The notes below the pieces were generated by a model that ran no database searches, had not been told where the DNA came from, and saw only the letters and a program-made list of their open reading frames with translations. A program made the translations under genes and the position numbers. A stretch of 63,675 nucleotides of DNA, the filler included, from Octopus bimaculoides (Eukaryota), in NCBI RefSeq assembly GCF_001194135.2. It is 5 parts of 3 records of this genome, joined end to end, with 100 filler letters (N's around TTAATTAATTAA, not from the genome) between each part and the next. Parts side by side here need not be neighbours in the genome. Positions count along the whole stretch, not along the records: positions 1 to 28,034 come from NC_069005.1; 4 more parts are not named here. One strand, written 5' to 3'. This document shows, piece by piece, positions 14,123 through 25,110 of this stretch (its first letter is position 1; every line of letters starts with the position of its first letter).

Positions 14123-15652
14123 TTCTACTACAGGTACAAGGCCTGAAATTTCAGGGAAGGTGGGGACTAGTCAATTACATTGACCCCCAGTATTTGACTG
14201 GTACTTATTTTATCAACCCCAAAAGGATAAAAGGCATAGTCGACCCCAGCGGAATTTGGACGCTGAAGACAGCAGTGATATCCACCTTTAAGTGGGGATA
14301 AATATTTACCTTTTGGCCCATCTACAGCAACAACAGCCTCTGTCCACTCTGACCTTTCATCATCTGCTACAAGGTCACCTCCTCCAATGCCTTTCCCATC
14401 TCAAAGGATCTTTGTCTTGCAAGTGACTTGGTAACCCTGCCAAGGGTACATCAGGCACATGCATCACAACCGCATGTGTGCAACATGGTGATCTCATATC
14501 AAGATAAACAGCACATGACCTTGCAGGTGGGGCCCCAGTTAGAATTTTCTTCAGGTCGAGTAGCCCATCTCGCTCAACCCTAACCCTAACCACTAAGCAT
14601 TTTGTCCGGCTTGCTAACGATTCTGTCAGTTTGCAACCTTATGATAATAACAATAACAATAATCCTTTCTACTATAGGCACAAGGCCTGAAATTTTGGTG
14701 CGGGGGAGGGAATTGTAAAAAAGGAGATGACGAAGGGTAACATTAGAATAATTAATTAAGATAATTTCTTAATTTTTCATACAATTTAATTTTGTTTTTG
14801 TTTTGTTTTGTTTTTTTTGTTTCTTTTTATTTTCAATATTTGTTTCCTTGGCTAATTTTCTTTAGAGCCCACAAGTAGCCAAAAGTAAACACCGGCCAAC
14901 AACCCAATCCACATCTACAGCAGTAGCAACAGTATCCGAGATGCCTTCACCATCATATACAACCAACCATACATTTCTAGCACAGTTACTCACAACAGGT
15001 AAAGCTGTTTGTTCTCGTTGTTGTTGAATCTTATTATTGTAATTATTATAATTATTATTGAGTGAGAGAGAGAGAGCAGTGCATGCCATCAAAGTGACAC
15101 TGGGGTACAAATATACAAAGCCCAATGCACCCATCATGACTGCCCGTCTAATAAGGGTACATCAAGCACATGCATCACAACCACATGTATGCGTGCGCAT
15201 GTATGTATGTATGTGTCATCATCATCATCATCGTTTAACATCCGCTTTCCATAGGATTTGACTGACGATTTGACTGAGGACTGGTGAAACCGGATGGCAA
15301 CACNNNNNNNNNNNNNNNNNNNNNNNNNNNNNNNNNNNNNNNNNNNNNNNNNNNNNNNNNNNNNNNNNNNNNNNNNNNNNNNNNNNNNNNNNNNNNNNNN
15401 NNNNNNNNNNNNNNNNNNNNNNNNNNNNNNNNNNNNNNNNNNNNNNNNNNNNNNNNNNNNNNNNNNNNNNNNNNNNNNNNNNNNNNNNNNNNNNNNNNNN
15501 NNNNNNNNNNNNNNNNNNNNNNNNNNNNNNNNNNNNNNNNNNNNNNNNNNNNNNNNNNNNNNNNNNNNNNNNNNNNNNNNNNNNNNNNNNNNNNNNNNNN
15601 NNNNNNNNNNNNNNNNNNNNNNNNNNNNNNNNNNNNNNNNNNNNNNNNNNNN

Positions 15653-15689
<37 letters not shown>

Positions 15690-18600
15690 GGTTAATTTAT
15701 GTTACAAACACCATTTGTTATTTTCAAAATTAGTTGAAACAAAGGTAGTGTCATACCACAGAGATATGTCATCAAAATAGCTATGTAGTTGAGTTTGAAC
15801 TTGTCTAGCTTCCTACTTGGCCACCTGGTTTCCATTCCTGGAACCATTTGTATTAACTCACCTTCTACTGTTATGATATATAAAAAAAAATTTTTATTTT
15901 TTTTATTTTGGTTCAGGCACATATCCATCTCCAAGCATCGATGTGAAACAAGAGCCGCATGCCAAAACCTGTGCTAACACAACGGCCACTTCAACCTCAA
16001 TCACCTCCTCTACAACTAACTATGCTCCCATCAGGCCAGCACGAGAGCCAATCTCTTCAGCTGTTCATACACCCATCTCAGTTGCTTCTGCCATACCAAC
16101 CAGTATTCCTAACAACCTTACCAATGTAAGTAACCCGCAGCATCAGTGTAATTACTAAATCTGAAGTTAATTATTATATGTAAGATGAGGTTTAAGAGTT
16201 CTCATTATTGCTTGTCTATAATGTTCGTTATGGGATACATTATGTATTTTGCTGCTTGAGCTATGTGGTTTATATACTGTGCTGTCTGTGTGTTTATGAT
16301 GTATATGTTGTTGTTTAGCCTCTGGTCAGCTCCGGTCAGTTCTTGCGTGTCCTTTTTAGATACCAGTGTGTTCTATTTCTAGTAGGACATTAGTTTTCGG
16401 TGTTTCACATCAGGTGTTTTACATCATTTTGATCTATCCCAGAGAAATAAGCTGCCAAATTGTTCATATACTCAGCAAATCCAGTAACCATGCTACTAAT
16501 TTGCATACTGTCACACACACACACACACACAAGCTATATATTTATGTATTTTCCACTTTATTTATTCTTCATCTGTTTTTCTCAGGTACCTTCAGGGAAT
16601 AAAGCAACCAGTTCAGTACCCAGTTTCTCCAACAGTGTCTTAGTACCCGCAAGAAATCAGCCCTTTCACCAGGACACCAGTGCCTTGACTACTACGAAGC
16701 AGGGTCAGTTTAGCTGAATGTTTATAATTACTCTGTCTTTATCTCTTAATGTCCCTTCTGTGAGTGTGTGTATGTCTGGCATATGGCGTAGTGATGAAGG
16801 CTGGAGGGTATATCAGCCGAACAACAAACAAGATGAGGACAAATATCCGTCAAATGTAAATAATGTACCATAACCATGTGTTCAGAAGGATTCTTTGGGG
16901 TTTGTATTTATAGTCAGGTTCTGCTGAAACATCATTCATTGGTTAAAGCTGTGTTTTTTTGTTTTTTTTATATAATTACAGGCAACCAAGGCTTGCAAAG
17001 TGAAATTAGTTCTAAAGCAGACAGTCCAATCCTGTGCTTAGGGAGTCCATTGTCACAAGGACAAGACATGGATGTGTCGTCTTTTGTAAGTTGTTACTGT
17101 AGAATGTTCTTTCCATCTCTTCAGTTATTCATCATCATTGTCTTAGCAAGATTAAGACACCTGAATCGCTAGTACAGGAGATTAACAGTTTCACAAATGT
17201 GCTATTTGTATTGTGTGTGTGTGTGTGTGTGTGTCTGTAGAATTGTGAGCAGGTACAATTCCAAATTTTTGTAAGGAGAGGTATAAATGGTATTTTCGTT
17301 TTTTTCCATAAAAAAATGAAAACATAGTGTGTGTGGATCGTGGGCAAAATTTTGGCTGCAGTTTGCCCGTGAATGGCACATTGTTTGTCCTCCACCGTTG
17401 CTTAACTACTGGTGTTGGTTTGTTTACGTCCTCATAACTTACCAATTCAGCAAAAGAGACCAATAGAATAGAATAAATACTAGATTTAAAAGCAGTTACC
17501 ATGGTCGATTTGTTCGGTCAAACCCTTCAAGGTGGTGCTTCACATGGCTGCAGTCCAGTGACCTGAAACCAGTAAAAAGTTGTTAGATAAAAATAAAAGA
17601 CTACATAGATTGCAGATTACTTTCTGATATTTGTCAATTTGTAATAGAATTCACATCAGTAACTGATTCCTTGATCTCTTTTGTTTTTCCCCTCTCCTTC
17701 AAAGTCCACCCAAACAAATGTGTCGAGCTTGAAGCCGAAACAGAACCGGGTACATCCCAATGAACACAGACGAGTCTCACACATATCTGCTGAACAGAAA
17801 CGACGGTGTAATATAAAGGTACGATGTCTATTGTTGTTGTTGTTGTTCCTCTCACTTGCTTCAAGGTTACTTCAGGTAAACTAGCCCCGATTGCACTGGT
17901 TTCAAGTTCAAATCCTGTGAGAGCATTTTGTTACATGCTGTATTGATTGGATGGCATAAAAGACGCCCAGGCATATTAGATACACTCCAGTTCCGGTAGC
18001 ACATAAACAAGAAAAAAAATGCTTTTTATGCATCAGAGCATGAAATATTTAAAGTGGTCTAGCCCTATTTTACAAAAACATTACAAAAATACTTCTTTTA
18101 TGGATTTGAACGCAGTTTGGATAATGGACAGAGTCAACGACTATTGAAAAGGTTGCATGACATAATGAAAATTTTAAGAAAAATGAGTGGAAACTTTACC
18201 AGTGTGTGTGCGTTAAATAATAAGGCACTAAAAGATAATGACTCTCACCAGACATGTCCTCGTGTACATGTCTTTCAAATCTATTCTATAAATGTTCCAC
18301 CAACATAGCAGATGAACTTGCTAGTTAAGAGTACAATACAATAGTTGTGACCAAGATTTGAACCTGAAACCTGTGCTTTTATGTCATTGCTATTATTATC
18401 TATCTAGCATTGATCTATATATTTATTTATCAATCTATTTGTAATTGTTATTGTTCTCATTGCATTGTTGTAGTTTATTATTGATCATTTGTCTCATTAT
18501 CATCTCGTTATGAGGATGAACATCGACCTTCATTATCATTTGCTTTCATCGTTCAACAGAGTGGCTTTGATGTGCTTCACAGCTTGATTCCTTCACTGAA

Positions 18601-21600
18601 GCAGACCCCTACTGGCAAAGTTAGTAAAGCTACACTGTTACAGAAAGGTAAGGAAGGTTCTGATGCTATATTTACCGTAGCTACACCTTGCTTTATTAAA
18701 TTCTTCTTTATGCACCAACAACAGCAGCATCAATACCAAACACAATGTTTGCTTCTCTGCTTTGACTTGAGATGAGGATCACCTCAAAGCATTCCACTTG
18801 GCTTTTTCTCTTTCTCGATGACATAAGTGGCTTTTAGCAACTCAATTGATTCAGTTTATTTTTGATATTCATTGGAATCAATAGATATCAGCTTCTCTTG
18901 ATATTCATTGGAAAGACTTGACATTTTTTTTCTTTTCTTTTGGTCAATGGTTTAGTCTAGCATTTCTTGATTTTATCATTCTTGGGGGGCTCTTGAAATA
19001 TATTCTATGTCTCAAAGAACCCTTACATGCACATTTAATATATAAATATATATATATATGTGAGGCCCTTGCTGGTGGCACGTAAAATACACCCATTACA
19101 CTCTTGGAGTGGTTGGCGTTAGTAAGGACATCCAACTGTAGAAACCATACCAAATCAGATTGGAACCTGGTGCAGCTCTCCAGCTTACCAGTTTTCAGTC
19201 AAACCATCCAACCCATGCCAGCATGGAAAATGATCATTAAATGATGATGACGATAGCTTGACAGGTTTTGCAATTTTCGTAAACAAAATACTCATTCAGA
19301 CGGTGTTGTTTGTTTCCAGTTCTCCACATAAGCATACCTGGGTTGTTTGATGTTCAATAGACCAGGAAAACTGGTGAGGGTTGGTGTCAGGAAGGGAATT
19401 GAGCTGTAGAAAACTCATCCCCTAACATTGACTCATCTGACCCATGCAAGCATGGAAGAGTAGATGTTAAAACAATGATACTGCTGTTGATTTATTCTGT
19501 TTCCGACAATGTTTTCATTATTTTTTTTTTGTCTTCTCCATTGTTGCAGCTGCTGAATTCTGCAAAAAAATGAAATCTGAAAGAGTGAAAATGCAAAATG
19601 AATCTGAAGTGTTAAAGTTAGAAATTGACAGTTTAAATTCGGACATAAGGTAAGGAAGATCTTTGTTTCATCTTTGATTTTGTTTCAGTCCCTCGACTGC
19701 AACCGTGCTGGGGGCAGCACCTTGAAGAATTTTTAGTCCAATCAATCAACTCTAGTACTTGTATTTTTAAGTCCAGTACGTATTTTATCAATCCCTGTTG
19801 CCAGACTGCTAAGTTATGGGAATGTAAACAAGTCAGCACCAGTTGTGAAGTGAAAGGTGGTGGTGGGGGGACATAATGCATATATAGGCATTTAAAGAGT
19901 AAAGAACCCCCTTTCGGTCATGAATGAACCTGGGACTACACCTGGAAAGTTACCTCCAACGCATGTCTGGGCAAGGTTGTTTATAGAAGACCAGCAGTCG
20001 GCCATGCATACCAGTCTCCTCTCTCCACGCCACTGATGTTATCCAAGGGAAAGGCAAAAGCTGATAGAGTTTGGCACCTGTGACGTCACAACTCATTTCT
20101 ACAGCTGAGTGAACTGGAACAATGTGGAATAAAGTGTCTTGCTTAAGAACACAACACACAGTATGTTCCGGGAATTGAACTCACTACCTCATGATTGAGC
20201 TAAACCTTGGTGAATATGTCATATGATTCTTGTTATCCTAAAATGGTGCCAGTACTGTCTGTAAAGTAATTGGTGAATATTGGTCAAGTTTAATAAAATT
20301 TAATATGTACTTACTGCACGAAGTGTCATTGTTGGGCCAAAAACCCAGTGAAGAGCCCTCCACAGGAGCTAGATTAAAAGCCGTCCCATCAGGCGGCTTT
20401 TAAGCTAGTGTTGAATATATGGTGATTTCACTTGTGCTGGTGCTACATTAAAAATACACCCAATACACCCAGTAAACTGGTTGGCGTTAGGAAGGGCATC
20501 CAACCATAGATGGAAGCAATGCCAAGGACAAAAACATAAGATAAGGCTGTACTGACTAAAATGACATTGTAAAGAAGAACCGGTTCTCAGGCTATGGTGA
20601 CAGCCTGTCCAATCCCTGCCAGACTGAATGGTGATAAGATGCATCTGCACGCATGCACATGCACTCCCATTTCTGTCATTCAGGCAAAGTTAACTCAGTT
20701 TTAGCCTCCTACCCTCTCCAATGCTGCTTACCTCTCCCTTTCTCCCCTCTCCTTCCTCTCCTTCCTTTCTCTTCGCTACCCACTTTCCTTTATATATTCC
20801 AACCTCTTTCTGTTTGTGGCCACCACACCCTATAATTCATTCTTCTTCTCTTTATCTATTTCAGTTACTGTCAGTCACAGCTACCAGCTACAGGGGCTCC
20901 TGTAACGAGGGCTGACCAGATCAATGAAATGTATGATGAATATGTCCGATTACGAACCAATCAGAATTGGAAGTTTTGGATTGTATCCTTTTTTGTTTCA
21001 GTTAACTTTCTTCATATTTAAAATTTCTTTCTCTGCTCTCCTTCCTCTGTACTCCTTCCTCCGTACTCCTTCCTCTGTACTCCTTCCTCTGTACTCCTTC
21101 CTTTGTACTCCTTCCTCTGTACTCCTGCCTTTGTACTCCTTTCCTTGTACTCCTTCCTTTGTATGCAGCCCTTCCTTCACACTCGTCACCTTCACCATCT
21201 ACATCTCTACCTCCACTATCAAAAAGTCCACTGTCCCTACACATCTCCACCACCCTCTGCACATCTTGTCAAATCACCACTCCCAGCGCTGCCACCACCA
21301 CCACCACCACTCTCATCCGCACCTCCATCACAATCTGTCTTCGCAACTGTACTATCCCTGCTTCCCCATCTGAAAAGTCTGCATATCTTATCAAAATCCC
21401 CCACTCATCACCACCATAACCCCACCTCTCCACACCTCCAGTCAATTTGTGTGTGTCTCTCTCTCTATATATACAGCTCTACCATCCAAGTTCCTTAACT
21501 CCCTCTAAACAGTTCAGTATTATCACTCGACCACTGTTTAACACATACAACAACATTGTATCGACAGCCAGTATGGATGAGATGTGTCGTACAGTAATGA

Positions 21601-22675
21601 GCTGGTTTGACCAATACTGTTCCCTTGCTGCTCTCAGACCAAGTGAGTACTTACTTACCTTTCTTATAGTGTTCTTATCTGCTTGCAGGACCATTTCACT
21701 ATCTTCTTTTTCTTGTCTTTACAACATCTTTGGCATTATCTTTTCAACATTTCTTATATATGTACAAGTGTGTGTGTGTGTCATTGAAGGTGCATGGCTC
21801 AGTCGTTAGGCGTCGAGCTTACGATCGTGAGGTTGTGAGTTTGAATCCCGGACTGGGCTGTGTGTTGTGTTCTTGCGCAAGACACTTTATTTAACGTTGC
21901 TCCAATTAACTCAGCTGTAGAAATCACTGGTGCCAAGCTGTATCGGCCCCTTTGCCTTTCCCTTAGGCAACATCAGTGGCATGGAGAGGGAAGACTGGTA
22001 TGCATGGGCGACTACTGGTCTTCCATAAACAACCTTGCTCGGACTAGTTCCTGGGAGGGTAACTTTCTAGGTACAATCCCATGATCAGTCATGACCGAAG
22101 GGGATCTCAGCGATGTATTGTTGTTATTATGCAAAAGTGTTGTAAGTCCAAAACGTTGCTTTTTCAGAAAATGAAAAAATAGTTTCACAATTCCATAGCA
22201 AAACCATTGTACAACACTTTTGACAATTTTTGATACCTTGGCATCTGAAGTAGCTGGAGATACGACAGTTTGACCAAAAGAACTGGCTATTGCAAGCAAA
22301 AATGAATATTAAAAAAATGTGCATTTGGCCAAATTTGGACATATGGTTTAGTGATGTATTTGAAGGACTTTGGTAGTGTATAGAATAGTATATTGTTAAT
22401 AATAATGGACTCTCCCATGGAAAACACTGAATGTTCAGCTTTTTTGCCAAACGACCTGCACAAATAATTTGTTTATAATGATCAAATGTATGTGATGTCC
22501 TGTTTTATTGTTTGTCCCTCTTTCTCTCTCTCTCTCTCTCTCTCTCCCCACAGTGGTCTCAAATGCGTTACGTCAAGTGAGCACGTCCACAAGCATTCTC
22601 AGTGAACCGGAGCGATTGCCGGAACAAGCAGCTGCGGCAGTCGGTCTGCAGCCCTCAGCGTCTCACGGACGATGA
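1237..22675 (+). CDS. MLXIP: Mondo-family bHLH-ZIP transcription factor (MondoA/ChREBP co-ortholog); 17 coding exons in window, 5' exons outside window
   Basis: GT-AG exons join with consistent phases into 3028 nt ending at TGA 22673-22675. The product carries the Mondo conserved regions, an LxQLLT motif, the bHLH (RRVSHISAEQKRRCNIK), a leucine zipper and the DCD/WMC C-terminus (NWKFWIFSIITRPLF). Confidence 0.96.
2533..2700 (+). mobile_element. tRNA-derived SINE, family A
   Basis: B-box-like ggttccgggttcagtc; gaccaaagc..gtgagtggattt body; (TG)n tail. Confidence 0.8.
5408..5481 (+). CDS. MLXIP: Mondo exon: YIQNKKPVVCQFANPLPDDSHKRTE
   Basis: Acceptor tttacag, donor gtaagt, phase 1 to 0; matches the PVCxFxxPL motif. 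Confidence 0.93.
5518..5692 (+). mobile_element. tRNA-derived SINE, family C (partial)
   Basis: tggctcagtggttagag...gtgagttcgatttcc...gagcaagacactt. Confidence 0.82.
9837..9962 (+). CDS. MLXIP: Mondo exon, MCR IV/NLS: AVVMEGKYWKRRLESVTGEYKSWRKFSKNQITRARRNSTTSK
   Basis: Acceptor caacag, donor gtaagt, phase 0 to 0; EGKYWKRR motif; absent from the ORF track. Confidence 0.95.
10096..10243 (+). mobile_element. tRNA-derived SINE, family A
   Basis: ggcgcaggagtggctgtgtggtaag...ggttccgggttcagtcccactgcgtggcacc; further copies near 12714-12792(-), 41505-41645(+), 47610-47748(-). Confidence 0.88.
10418..10568 (+). CDS. MLXIP: Mondo exon with MCR6 region: ...MEFSDALFSLSQPFPFPNPREL
   Basis: Acceptor ctttcag, donor gtaagt, phase 0 to 1; FPNPRE motif. 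Confidence 0.93.
10652..10965 (+). mobile_element. tRNA-derived SINE, family D
   Basis: ttagtggttaggg head; gtggagtgctcagccacttgcac.ttaatttca body. Confidence 0.85.
11020..11290 (+). mobile_element. Interspersed repeat family F (aaaagcacccagtacactc...cccatgccagcatggaaaa..(ATG)n)
   Basis: Copies near 1765-1905(-), 19065-19250, 19340-19470, 20430-20520, 38085-38275. Confidence 0.8.
11560..11652 (+). CDS. MLXIP: Mondo exon, MCR V: MQTGYVDLIQPVLMQLQPNLEDYMDTIEPMQ
   Basis: Acceptor ttttcag, donor gtaagt, phase 1 to 1; IQPxLxxLQPxLxDxMD motif. Confidence 0.95.
12022..12080 (+). CDS. MLXIP: Mondo exon: LFSDIFKSQNLPTSTVTSYQ
   Basis: Acceptor atttcag, donor gtaaat; supplies the required phase 1 to 0 bridge. 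Confidence 0.82.
12245..12558 (+). mobile_element. tRNA-derived SINE, family D
   Basis: Same body; further copies at 47147-47320(-) and 49035-49330(-). Confidence 0.88.
12881..14062 (+). CDS. MLXIP: Mondo large central low-complexity exon (Pro/Gln/Ser-rich, 394 codons, ends GFAVPS)
   Basis: Acceptor ttttacag, donor gtaagt at 14063, phase 0 to 0; contains most of ORF 12893-14146. Confidence 0.9.
14866..14998 (+). CDS. MLXIP: Mondo exon with LAQLLT (LxQLLT) motif
   Basis: Acceptor tttctttag, donor gtaaag, phase 0 to 1; LxQLLT is a known Mondo-family central motif. Confidence 0.9.
15917..16125 (+). CDS. MLXIP: Mondo exon: GTYPSPSIDVKQEP...NNLTN
   Basis: Acceptor gttcag, donor gtaagt, phase 1 to 0. 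Confidence 0.88.
16586..16703 (+). CDS. MLXIP: Mondo exon: VPSGNKATSSVPSFSNSVLVPARNQPFHQDTSALTTTKQ
   Basis: Acceptor tttttctcag, donor gtcagt, phase 0 to 1. Confidence 0.82.
16982..17085 (+). CDS. MLXIP: Mondo exon: GNQGLQSEISSKADSPILCLGSPLSQGQDMDVSSF
   Basis: Acceptor attacag, donor gtaagt; supplies the required phase 1 to 0 bridge into the bHLH exon. Confidence 0.82.
17705..17818 (+). CDS. MLXIP: Mondo bHLH basic region/helix 1: ...EHRRVSHISAEQKRRCNIK
   Basis: Pyrimidine tract plus aaag acceptor, donor gtacga; the H-E-R residues typical of CACGTG-binding bHLH-ZIP proteins are intact. Confidence 0.96.
18560..18647 (+). CDS. MLXIP: Mondo bHLH helix-loop-helix: SGFDVLHSLIPSLKQTPTGKVSKATLLQK
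   Basis: Acceptor caacag, donor gtaagg, phase 0 to 1. Confidence 0.96.
19550..19649 (+). CDS. MLXIP: Mondo leucine zipper: AAEFCKKMKSERVKMQNESEVLKLEIDSLNSDI
   Basis: Acceptor ttgcag, donor gtaagg, phase 1 to 2. Confidence 0.95.
19902..20200 (-). mobile_element. SINE, family C
   Basis: Reverse complement of the 21788-22108 body. Confidence 0.85.
20865..20982 (+). CDS. MLXIP: Mondo DCD exon: YCQSQLPATGAPVTRADQINEMYDEYVRLRTNQNWKFWI
   Basis: Acceptor atttcag, U12-type donor gtatcctt, phase 2 to 0; QLPATG and NWKFW motifs. Confidence 0.96.
20983..21512 (+). other. U12-type (minor spliceosome) GT-AG intron, 530 nt
   Basis: 5' site GTATCCTTT; branch site TTCCTTAAC at 21491-21499 with the branch A 14 nt from the AG at 21511-21512. 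Confidence 0.93.
21038..21163 (+). repeat. 14-bp minisatellite (ctccttcctctgta), about 9 copies, inside the U12 intron
   Basis: Direct inspection. Confidence 0.9.
21513..21642 (+). CDS. MLXIP: Mondo DCD exon: FSIITRPLFNTYNNIVSTASMDEMCRTVMSWFDQYCSLAALRP
   Basis: Acceptor aaacag, donor gtgagt, phase 0 to 1; WxDQYCSLxALRP motif. Confidence 0.96.
21788..22108 (+). mobile_element. tRNA-derived SINE, family C, near full length
   Basis: tggctcagtcgttagg A-box-like and gtgagtttgaatccc B-box-like elements; a 3' part also at 31787-31948(-). Confidence 0.88.
22554..22675 (+). CDS. MLXIP: Mondo last coding exon: MVSNALRQVSTSTSILSEPERLPEQAAAAVGLQPSASHGR*
   Basis: (CT)n tract plus cacag acceptor; LRQ.ST.TSIL..P..LPEQ motif; stop TGA. 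Confidence 0.95.
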
Positions 22676-24085
22676 GGGAGCCAGGTGAATCGACCTTTGT
22701 TTAATAAAGGAACGACGCTACAGTAAAACTCAGAGTACTCGACGACATAAACGACCACTGCAGCAGCAGCAACAACAACAACAACAACAACGAGTACAGC
22801 CACCATCACCACTACTATCATTTGTTACTACCACCACTACTACTACTACCACTACTATTACATTCATTCACTACAGATACATGCGGTATGCTGTTGCACC
22901 ACTGTTGTGACAGCTGCATTGTTGGGTCTCCAGTGTCACCACCACCACCACCACCACCACCACCACCACCACCANNNNNNNNNNNNNNNNNNNNNNNNNN
23001 NNNNNNNNNNNNNNNNNNNNNNNNNNNNNNNNNNNNNNNNNNNNNNNNNNNNNNNNNNNNNNNNNNNNNNNNNNNNNNNNNNNNNNNNNNNNNNNNNNNN
23101 NNNNNNNNNNNNNNNNNNNNNNNNNNNNNNNNNNNNNNNNNNNNNNNNNNNNNNNNNNNNNNNNNNNNNNNNNNNNNNNNNNNNNNNNNNNNNNNNNNNN
23201 NNNNNNNNNNNNNNNNNNNNNNNNNNNNNNNNNNNNNNNNNNNNNNNNNNNNNNNNNNNNNNNNNNNNNNNNNNNNNNNNNNNNNNNNNNNNNNNNNNNN
23301 NNNNNNNNNNNNNNNNNNNNNNNNNNNNNNNNNNNNNNNNNNNNNNNNNNNNNNNNNNNNNNNNNNNNNTTTTTTTTTTTTTTTCCAAACGCAAATCTTT
23401 AATTATTAACTCTGTGTGACTTTGTATAGGGCTGTCTCGAGTGTGATCTAATGCGAACCGAAGTGAAAATGGAATCTAAGTGTGACACTGTTGTTGACAG
23501 TCAGTCCTTGACGGGTGCCACCTAAACATAACTGATCGTCTCCCTCCTTACCCTCCACTCCTCCTCCTCCTCCTCATGCCACCCTGCTCCCCACCCACTC
23601 CAAGCCTGGCAAGCAAACACGCGTCCCCATCACATCACATCGTATCACATTGCGATCGTGTCGCGTCGCATCGCATCACATTACAGTACAACACATCAGA
23701 CCAGACTGCGTCGCGAGAGATGCTTTGCATTTCTTGTTTGACTCTGTTAGAAATAGCAGCCAAGTCTCCCTCAAATCACACCCTGTTGTCTTTTAATGTC
23801 TAGGCAAACGTGTTCCTGCATACAGAGTTGTTACAGTGGGGAGTGTCTTTGATCACGCAGGTCTACCTGGTCATGGTTGACCTGGGGTTCAATAACAACA
23901 ACAACAACAGTAATCACACACATCACAGATCATTATGAAAACTATACCTCAGAGAATGATTTAATCCAAAACAATTTTCTTACTCCTCCCACCCCCCTCC
24001 TGCCTACATCCATCCCTAGTGTCTCTCACTCATTCATACCCTATTTTTCAAAAACAATAAATTCTTCATTTTATGATATATATAT

Positions 24086-24118
<33 letters not shown>

Positions 24119-25110
24119 ATATATTCATACATTCATGCATATATATATACATATACATATGTGTATATATATATATATATGTTTATATTTATTCACAAAC
24201 CTATTGAAGTAATACGCGTCCTGGTTCGTTTGCAATTTCAAGAGAATGTAGGGATTTTAATAGAGGTGAGTAGGGGACAATAATGAAATATTTCTATCTA
24301 CTTTACTCTTGCCCGTATCCCACTGTTTTGTCAAGTTCTGTGGGGTGGGGTGGGGGGTAGGAACAAAGCAAGTTTGGCTATATTTTTTTATAAAATGTTG
24401 TTGTTGTTGCTGCTGCATACTACTAACAGGCAGATATATATATATATATATATAGCAACCAAGCTTAAGAAAACCTCTAAGAGACGAAAGCAGTATTTAT
24501 ACTGGGAAGTATTATTTATTGCCATCTAAACATGGATGTTGTATAAGAACAGACGATACTGCTACTTTAATTCCAGGGGGATACCTGCTCCAGCTGGTTA
24601 TTCACCGCAATTTATACTCTCTCTCTCTCTCTCTCTCTCTCCATATATATATCTTGTGTGTGCAGTTGGCTGCATGACTGCTACTGTTGAGTTTAGATAG
24701 AGCTCTACGTAGACCATCTTCAGGCAGTTTCTTTCCAATTCAGTGGAAAAAGCAGGAGAGATCTTAATGAACGCAAGTTCATATCATTTGTTCCCTACTC
24801 AACAGCAGAATGCACAGATAAACACTTGTTTTGTGGTGTCTTGGGAAAGCCACCATACCAATGAAATTAACACACATCCACACAGGTTCAATTCCACTCA
24901 TCAAATATCTGCTTTTATTTATTTTTTTTTTGGTGGGGTGGGGGACCTTCTCAGTGACTATCGAATAAATGAGTGGAATTGAACCAGTGTGTGTGTGTTA
25001 ATTATATATTGACATGATGATTCTCTCCAGACACAATAAAATTTGTTTCAGCATGTGAATCCACATAAAGAATCTTTTAAACCAGATATGAAAACAAAAT
25101 AAACACTTGT
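22676..25110 (+). other. Probable Mondo 3' UTR (end not definable)
   Basis: Follows the stop; several AATAAA hexamers (near 22703, 24056, 25034, 25098); contains a gap. Confidence 0.4.

Noticed and set aside
12893-14146. 417 aa ORF as a standalone gene
   Set aside because: It is the central Mondo exon; the true boundaries are 12881-14062.
18248-18285. Minus-strand IDLKDMYTRTCL, ankyrin-like; also cadherin-like ELVVCAYDNA near 59650
   Set aside because: Too short, with no linked repeats; expected by chance.
1-22675. Autoregulatory ChoRE (tandem E-boxes) in Mondo introns
   Set aside because: No CACGTG-n5-CACGTG-like pair seen; the single CACGTG noted lies inside a SINE, and the promoter is outside the window.
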